This document shows positions 57,464 through 64,000 of a stretch of 64,000 nucleotides of DNA, piece by piece (the stretch's first letter is position 1; the number at the start of each line of letters is the position of its first letter). The stretch lies in the IMG/VR virus record IMGVR_UViG_3300047539_000055; one strand, given 5' to 3'. The translations under genes were made by a program, and so were the position numbers. Below the pieces are notes generated by a model. That model made no database searches and was not told the origin of the DNA. It was given only the letters and a program-made list of their open reading frames with translations. This stretch comes from a virus. Lineage: Duplodnaviria; Caudoviricetes.

Positions 57464-58132
57464 ATGAAGACACATTATTGGCCTTACAACACACTTTATA
57501 ACATTCACTGTTATATTCGTAATCGTTGGATTGATCATTCTCATGCAATGATTGCCAGCAAAGATCATATTAAGCGTGGACAATGGTGCGACGTGGACTA
57601 TCGTTTCCTGCCTTGTCTTTTTGATACTCTTGTTAACTTTGTTGAACAAGAGTATGCGTGGGAAGCAACGTGGAATAATGACAAATATAATGTCCCATTC
57701 TGGCAAAACATCAAGTTGTTGAGACTTGGTGGTTGGAGAAGTCGTGAAGCAGGAATTGATAATCTTCGCTGGGCAATGGCTCTTATCAATGATGAAAATA
57801 ATAATTATCAACCAAGCGATAAAGGTTATGGTCAACCAACACAGCAAGCCATAGCAGCAAAGGAAATTCTTGATCTTTACCTATGGTGGACTGATGTTTA
57901 TCCACTTCGTCCTGATGCTCATATTGCTTCTGGCTTTTCAGCATATTGTGAAGAAAAACGCAAGCTGGGTGGTAATTTACTTGATTTTAACCATCTTAAT
58001 GAATCAGAAGAATTGAAAAAGCGTGGAAAAAAGGCTTTTAAACTCTCAAGGAAACTTGAAGAACAGTACGAAAAAGAGGATACGGATCACCTGATTCGTT
58101 TGATCAAAATTAGACACTCTTTGTGGACTTAA
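57464..58132 (+). CDS. conserved hypothetical phage protein
   Basis: GQWCD...LF..LVNFVE.E; AKEI..LY.WW; LIRLIKIR..LWT; AAGGAG RBS. Confidence 0.7.
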   Translation: MKTHYWPYNTLYNIHCYIRNRWIDHSHAMIASKDHIKRGQWCDVDYRFLPCLFDTLVNFVEQEYAWEATWNNDKYNVPFWQNIKLLRLGGWRSREAGIDNLRWAMALINDENNNYQPSDKGYGQPTQQAIAAKEILDLYLWWTDVYPLRPDAHIASGFSAYCEEKRKLGGNLLDFNHLNESEELKKRGKKAFKLSRKLEEQYEKEDTDHLIRLIKIRHSLWT

Positions 58133-58163
58133 AAGAACTAAATAGTAAAATAACGGAGGCGTT

Positions 58164-58634
58164 ATGAATTGTATTAAAATGGTAGTTTTATCAGCGTTAC
58201 TTATGTTTGGTATCACAGCAGCAAATGCGCAATTCGGTGTAGTTGTTGGTGGGCCAGAATTTGCTTCTGTTCCACCTGATTGTCAGTGGGGCTATTACGA
58301 TTATTCACCTTATAGTTGTGCCGATTATGGTTATTATGACTCAAATTATTTCTATAACGGAATATTTATTGGTGTAGGCCCTTGGTACGGATGGGGCTAT
58401 GGTCACGGTTGGGGAGGTCATCGTTTCTATGGTGGTAATCGAGGAAACGGATATGGCAATCGCAGTGGATATGGAAATCGCGGCGGTAATCGCGGTGCAG
58501 TTCGCGGCGGAACAGTAAGAGGCGGCGGTGCAGTTCGCGGCGGAACAGTAAGAGGCGGTGGCGGTGCCAGAGGTGGTTTCGGCGGCGGTGCAATTCGCGG
58601 CGGCGGTGGTTCACGCGGTGGTGGACATAGATAA
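58164..58634 (+). CDS. secreted Tyr/Gly-rich protein with RGG tail
   Basis: signal peptide; PPxCxWGYYDYxPYxCxxYGYY...FIGVGPW; RGG repeats; GGAGG RBS and late promoter. Confidence 0.7.
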   Translation: MNCIKMVVLSALLMFGITAANAQFGVVVGGPEFASVPPDCQWGYYDYSPYSCADYGYYDSNYFYNGIFIGVGPWYGWGYGHGWGGHRFYGGNRGNGYGNRSGYGNRGGNRGAVRGGTVRGGGAVRGGTVRGGGGARGGFGGGAIRGGGGSRGGGHR

Positions 58635-58741
58635 ATAACAGTACTCAATACTGAATCTACGCGGTTTGAGTCAGGAGGATCGTAGATAATTATAATATAC
58701 TAAAAATAATATAATACTCGTACAACACCAAATAGTTATAC

Positions 58742-58773
58742 AATGAGTGGGAACCTCAATCCCACTCATTTCT
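58742..58773. terminator. strong hairpin / terminator
   Basis: aatgagtggga-acctcaa-tcccactcatt. Confidence 0.7.
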
Positions 58774-58803
58774 ATTTGTGGATAAATACACCAGAGGATT
58801 AAT

Positions 58804-61800
58804 ATGCCACTTCCAGTTGAAAACACATCAGCGCAACTTGTAGATTTTCTAAAAGATCGCTATGAAATAGCTGATTCAGTTAATGATAAGGGCGTCTTCA
58901 CCGATGATCCATCAGAAATTAAGGTTTTTAGTTTCAATTACATTAATAAAAAAGGCGAAGACAAAGGCTCTGTTGTTATTTCACTGCTTGATGATAGTGA
59001 ATCCAGCAACTCCCTAAAAATCTATTTTGGTCAGGATTTGGGGGATGCTGATTCAGAAACTCGCACTGAATGGTATGAATTCCTTCAAAGTATCCGACAG
59101 TTTGCAAAAATGCACCTTCTTGGCTTTGATGTAAGAAACATCAATAAGAGCCAGATTACTAAGCGCGATGTTGAAAAAGACTTGATTCTAACTAAAGAAG
59201 ATATCGAGCCAATGTTTGAAAGTTCATTCGGCCCAATTGATGGCACTGTGAAGACTAGCAGACAGCCTCTTGACAAGATGACTATCATTATCAAACATTC
59301 AGCGCGTGTTGATCCGAGTGTCAAAAACAGCCGTTCTCGTAGAATTGAGAAGATTTATCTCGCCAATGAAAAGGGAGAACGCTTTTTACTGCCATTCAAG
59401 AGCCTTTTAGCGGCTCGTGCCATGGCTCGACACATTGAAACTGGCGGAACCCCTTATGACAACATAGGCAGGGATATTTGCCAATTGGTTGAAGAGATGA
59501 TTTCTCTCAACAAATTCTATCGTAAGCAAAAGAAATCGCCATCAGCTTCTCAGTCATATGTTTCATCCATTCTTGACGCAACAAAAGAGCGCGTCTTTGA
59601 TATCAAAAAGACATTAGCAAGTTTATCCACAAAAGGAGGATACGCTAAAAATAGTCCGTCTCTAACAGGAAATGCTGGTGAAATTGAAGATGATGATGAA
59701 GTATTTGAAGATGCTTTTGATGGAGCAGACTTAGATGAAGAAAGTCAGCTTGCCATTCCTCATGTTATGAAAGCATATCATAATCGTCATATGAGTGAAG
59801 AAGAAAATGAATATAACAACTGGGTAAAGAAAGACGAAGCTGATTATGAAAAATGGGATAAAGCCTCAGATAATGATGGCGAGGGTCTTGAAGCTTTGGC
59901 TGCTGAAAATGACGATGAAGCCTATGATGATTGGATAGACGCCGCCAATGGTCAAGGCGAAGGCGACGAAGTATTGACTGATGCTGAAGAACCAAATTAT
60001 CCAGAAAGTTGGGATTGGCCTGTTTGTGAAAAATGTTTGGAAGCACACGATCCAAATCATTGCCCACTTGATGACGATGAACTTCATGAATCCCAGTCTA
60101 AAAAAAAATTTAAATGTCCTGAATGTCGTGAAGTCCTACCAATAGAACTACAAGATGAAACCGGCCTTTGTATGGATTGTTATGGTTTAAGTTTAGAAGA
60201 TAATATTTTCACACCGGATGATTTTGAACATTCTAAAGTAAGAGATGACGAACCTGTTCACGGCCCAGATCAAAGAACCACACAATACATCAACATACCT
60301 GGAAGTAATGAAAGCAAAGAGAATAGTGGAAAAGCTTTGAATGAAGGTAGTTTATTGCCGACAAGCTATGCGAAAAAACAAGTACTAAACAGTGTGCCTA
60401 CAGCTAAAATTAGAAAAAATAAAACCGGCTTGTATGATATTGGTTATACTCACATTAATACAGATAAAGATAATCCAAATGATTATTGGTATGGTAAACC
60501 CAAAATTTTTGTAAAGCTTACTCCACGACCAGCATCAACGCCTCGCGAAGCTTGGAATTATGCGTTGATGTATTTAAAAATCAAAGACAATACTCATGCT
60601 GGCGAAGCTTTGAAAGAAGATAGGTACGAACCTGGCGAACCATGGACTTGCTCTGCATGTGAAGCTCACAACTTCGTAAATATGAAGCATTGTCGTAATT
60701 GTGGAGAAGCACGAAAAAACAAGAAAATTCAACGATCTTCTTCAAAATTTGATCATAATGATAAACAGTTAAGTCACGCAGAAAGATTGGCTTTAACAAC
60801 TTCGCGCAAAGTTGATGAATCAATTCCAGATAGAGAAGATAATGATTTGAGAAATGAATGGACTGCCTGTGAAGAATATGGACACCGTTTTGATATTGAT
60901 GGCGAAGAGTATTCATCTTGTGTAGATTGTGGTGAACCAAGATATTCTGATGAACCATATATTCCGGACCCAATTGTAGCAAGAGAACGCGAACAATTGA
61001 ATGGAATAGATTTGAATGACGGTTATGATACCCCATATGTAGAAGACGATCCACATGTATTGGCAGATTTAGAACGAATTCATGGTGATGAACCATTAGA
61101 AGAATCCAAAATCGCAATGAAAGTAGCATGTCCGGATTGTGGCGCGAAGAAAGGCGATCCTTGTAGAACTAAAAGAATAATTAATTCCGCCGACAAGAGA
61201 ATGACCACTGTTCATTCCGGTAGAATCATTTCCGCAAAGCATGTGAATGAAGGGGTTTTTTCAAACTTGTTTAACGGAAAAAAATCAGCGCAACAAGAAT
61301 ATAGAATTTTAGGAATGATGTTGACTGATTCTGGTTTTGAATTAGTTAAAACCGATGAAGATTTGTCTCAACTTTGGCAACAAGGTTATTTTAAAATTTT
61401 TGTTAATGTCGTCAATAAAAATGGCAAACATAAAACTGTTTGGATGATGAATAGATCCGGTAAATCAGTAGCACACGGAATTGGTTCTTATTCTTTTATA
61501 GAAGAATTGTTTGTGAATCATCCAGAATTTAGAGACACATATAAAGTCTTACAGCAAAAAGTTGCTGATCGAGATACAAATTTTAATAAAGGTGTGAATG
61601 AAGGACTACTCGATTTTATTGATCCAAACTCAGATAGAAATATTCATAAATTTGCATTGAGAATCTTTGACATCAATCAATTTTTATATCAAATGGATTT
61701 TAAAATAATTCAACGTGATATCGAGGCTTCCAAAACACTTTGGCGCAAGGGCTATTTTAATATTTTGATTGCTCCAATACAAACTACTTTTGGTTACGAT

Positions 61801-62268
61801 GCTGGTTGGGTCATTCAAAGAAATGGTAAAATAAAAGCCAAAGGGACTGGCGAAAAGAATTTGATACATGAATTGGTAAGGAATAACAAAGAGTTTCGTG
61901 ATGCTTATGAATATTTCACAAATAAATATCCGACAGCTAAGGTAACAGAAGATACTGGCATCATCGCTGATCTTCTCAAAGAATATCAAAGTTCGTTTGT
62001 TTCCGAAGCCGATGTTCCAGCATCGAATTCATATGGAAGTCCATTATCTTTTGTTCAGAAAGCTTTGGGATCAAAGTTTCATACCAATAAAGAGATTGAG
62101 GATCACGCCACTACTAATGGTAAAATTTCTCCATTCACCTTATTGAGTTCTCCAGAAAAAGATGTGGATGATGACAATAAAGAAATTATAAGATTGGCTG
62201 ATTTGGCAAAGGCACCACGACCAAATCCAGAAAATTCTGGTGGACGCGGAAACAAACCTGGGAATTAA
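58804..62268 (+). CDS. large late protein, probable protease-processed head/internal protein with multiple Zn-ribbon modules
   Basis: late promoter at 58781; acidic linkers; repeated (L/V/M)-x-E-(S/G/D/A) sites; five Cys/His clusters; duplicated C-terminal domain. Confidence 0.7.
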   Translation: MPLPVENTSAQLVDFLKDRYEIADSVNDKGVFTDDPSEIKVFSFNYINKKGEDKGSVVISLLDDSESSNSLKIYFGQDLGDADSETRTEWYEFLQSIRQFAKMHLLGFDVRNINKSQITKRDVEKDLILTKEDIEPMFESSFGPIDGTVKTSRQPLDKMTIIIKHSARVDPSVKNSRSRRIEKIYLANEKGERFLLPFKSLLAARAMARHIETGGTPYDNIGRDICQLVEEMISLNKFYRKQKKSPSASQSYVSSILDATKERVFDIKKTLASLSTKGGYAKNSPSLTGNAGEIEDDDEVFEDAFDGADLDEESQLAIPHVMKAYHNRHMSEEENEYNNWVKKDEADYEKWDKASDNDGEGLEALAAENDDEAYDDWIDAANGQGEGDEVLTDAEEPNYPESWDWPVCEKCLEAHDPNHCPLDDDELHESQSKKKFKCPECREVLPIELQDETGLCMDCYGLSLEDNIFTPDDFEHSKVRDDEPVHGPDQRTTQYINIPGSNESKENSGKALNEGSLLPTSYAKKQVLNSVPTAKIRKNKTGLYDIGYTHINTDKDNPNDYWYGKPKIFVKLTPRPASTPREAWNYALMYLKIKDNTHAGEALKEDRYEPGEPWTCSACEAHNFVNMKHCRNCGEARKNKKIQRSSSKFDHNDKQLSHAERLALTTSRKVDESIPDREDNDLRNEWTACEEYGHRFDIDGEEYSSCVDCGEPRYSDEPYIPDPIVAREREQLNGIDLNDGYDTPYVEDDPHVLADLERIHGDEPLEESKIAMKVACPDCGAKKGDPCRTKRIINSADKRMTTVHSGRIISAKHVNEGVFSNLFNGKKSAQQEYRILGMMLTDSGFELVKTDEDLSQLWQQGYFKIFVNVVNKNGKHKTVWMMNRSGKSVAHGIGSYSFIEELFVNHPEFRDTYKVLQQKVADRDTNFNKGVNEGLLDFIDPNSDRNIHKFALRIFDINQFLYQMDFKIIQRDIEASKTLWRKGYFNILIAPIQTTFGYDAGWVIQRNGKIKAKGTGEKNLIHELVRNNKEFRDAYEYFTNKYPTAKVTEDTGIIADLLKEYQSSFVSEADVPASNSYGSPLSFVQKALGSKFHTNKEIEDHATTNGKISPFTLLSSPEKDVDDDNKEIIRLADLAKAPRPNPENSGGRGNKPGN

Positions 62269-62478
62269 AATGAATTATTGTGATAGAGAAAAAATCCCGT
62301 TACTGATTATTCCATATACCGAAAAACAAATAGAATTGTCCTTAAAAATATTTTTAAAATCTATACAAAATAAACCAAAGAAATATATTGTAAATGATAA
62401 ATAGAAGTGCTATAGTAATTATATAGCAACATGGAATGTAACAAATATTATGGTAACATGGACATAAGGAGAACTATC

Positions 62479-63471
62479 ATGGGAACAATTTCAACCCTCG
62501 CTGCAATAAGGGCGCGACTGGCTCAAGCCGAGCAAAACAAAACAACAAATTATGATAATGCATTTTATCCTTTCTGGAATGCCAAGACAGGCTCAACGTC
62601 TACTCTTCGCTTTCTTCCAGATGGCAACCAAAACAATACCTATTTTTGGGTAGAAAAACTACAAATCAAACTTCCTTATAATGGCATCAAAAACGGTGAC
62701 GCAAAACCAATCACTGTCAGCGTACCTTGTGTTGAAATGTTTGGACGTGAAGAATATCCTCAAGGATGCCCTATCCTTAGTGAAATTCGCGTATGGTACA
62801 AGGACGAAACCCTCAAGGAAAAAGCAAACAAATATTGGAAGAAACCTTCCTATATTATGCAGGGATTTGTTCGTGAAAACGCAGTTGCAGACGATAAAGC
62901 ACCAGAGAATCCAATTCGCCGTTTTAGTTTGAACAAGCAATTGTTCAATTTGGTAAAGGCTGGTTTGATGGATGCAGATATGATCAACATTCCTTCTGAT
63001 TATGAAAAGGGAAGCGATTTCCGCGTTAGCAAAACACAAGATGGTTTGTATGCGGATTATGGCACAAGCAAGTACACTCGTAACGAAAGTCCTCTAACTC
63101 AGGTCGAACTTGACGCAATTGAAAAGTTTGGTTTGAGTGATCTTAGTGGATTCCTTGGTAAGAAGCCAACGGCAGAAGACCTCAAGATTATTCGTGAGAT
63201 GTTTGAAGCCTCTGTTGATGGTGAAGCTTACGATAATGAAAAGTGGGGTAACTTCTATCGCCCAGCAGGTTTGAAGAGTGATAAGACTGAAGAAGCCAAG
63301 ACAGAAACAAAGTCAGTGGCAACAGAGACTCCAGCCGATGAACCAGTTTCGCATGTTGAAACTGCTTCAGTTGAAGCCGTAGTCGCTCCAAAAATCGACG
63401 CAGCCGAAATCCTTAAGAAGATTAGGGAACGCAGTAACAAGCCAGCAAAAGAAGCAGTAAAAACAGCATAA
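62479..63471 (+). CDS. single-stranded DNA-binding protein (T4 gp32-like)
   Basis: LRFLPDG...FWVE, PC.E...CPI, KYWKK, G.DF...K...YADY; AAGGAG RBS. Confidence 0.88.
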   Translation: MGTISTLAAIRARLAQAEQNKTTNYDNAFYPFWNAKTGSTSTLRFLPDGNQNNTYFWVEKLQIKLPYNGIKNGDAKPITVSVPCVEMFGREEYPQGCPILSEIRVWYKDETLKEKANKYWKKPSYIMQGFVRENAVADDKAPENPIRRFSLNKQLFNLVKAGLMDADMINIPSDYEKGSDFRVSKTQDGLYADYGTSKYTRNESPLTQVELDAIEKFGLSDLSGFLGKKPTAEDLKIIREMFEASVDGEAYDNEKWGNFYRPAGLKSDKTEEAKTETKSVATETPADEPVSHVETASVEAVVAPKIDAAEILKKIRERSNKPAKEAVKTA

Positions 63472-63859
63472 TTTACAAATGCTCATATGCAGTGATAACA
63501 CCCGCATCACTGCATATGTTCCATAGCGGGTATATTTGAATTTGGAGATAAAACCCAATGAATGATAAAAAGACAGAAGTTGAACAATTAATCACTAAAG
63601 CAGTAAAAGCTGAAAAATCAGAGGATGCATTGCGTTTCTCTCAAGCCGCCTGTAATGCTGCAAATGCATTGATTTGTGTGGTCAATAGAGAAAAATTAGT
63701 AGCAAGTTATAGTCACAGATAAAATATCTGGAAAATCGTTAACATCAACAGTTGATCACTCAGCCATAAAAAGAGCCAAAAAATTACATCATGTTGATTT
63801 AGTAGCTGAAATTATAGAAGCATTAAAAAGAATAATGCCAACCGAAAAAAGAGGATAGC

Positions 63860-64000
63860 ATGGGAAAACCATTTGATTTAAGTAAGTTCCGACGCGGTAT
63901 CACGAAATCAATTGAAGGTATTTCAGTGGGATTCCACGATCCAAAGACTTGGATTAGTACTGGGAACTTTGCTTTAAACTATTTGATATCAGGGAAATTT
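63860..64000 (+). CDS. uvsX: UvsX/RecA-like recombinase, 5' part (truncated by the window)
   Basis: hand translation MGKPFDLSKFRRGITKSIEGISVGFHDPKTWISTGNFALNYLISGKF; GAGG RBS. Confidence 0.75.
   Translation, partial: MGKPFDLSKFRRGITKSIEGISVGFHDPKTWISTGNFALNYLISGKF

Noticed and set aside
1-64000. Stop-codon reassignment
   Set aside because: Core genes are full length in the standard code, TAA, TAG and TGA all end genes, and no suppressor tRNA was found

Overview
About 64 kb of an AT-rich, T4-like large (jumbo-type) dsDNA phage genome in the standard genetic code, transcribed mostly on the + strand. Core genes: primase, DnaB/gp41-type helicase, gp32-type SSB and the start of a UvsX/RecA recombinase. 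It also carries a large translation, RNA-repair and proteolysis kit: three tRNAs (Ile-UAU with a long variable arm, Arg-UCU, Arg-UCG), a circularly permuted two-piece tmRNA, a GGQ release-factor-like protein, a CCA-adding enzyme, two RNA ligases, Pnk, a Pol-beta-type nucleotidyltransferase, ClpX, ClpS, a PP2C phosphatase and an RNAP omega homolog. Five free-standing endonuclease genes lie on the - strand behind late-type TAAATA promoters. The two most striking unexplained structures are: (1) a ~80 bp element at the 5' end of all three GIY-YIG-like endonuclease genes, bounded by convergent late promoters and folding into two covarying hairpins best on the antisense strand, with the anti-Shine-Dalgarno sequence at the tip of the first hairpin; this is a candidate cis-antisense RNA control system for homing endonucleases; (2) about 40 small ORFs in tandem arrays with diverse bodies but a shared C-terminal tail (...EEAMLWMLE / ...LFMLEWS / ...VLEKLE), one of which carries a fragment resembling the major capsid protein. 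A host in Acidobacteriota is weakly suggested. All product calls come from motif recognition by eye; no database searches were run.
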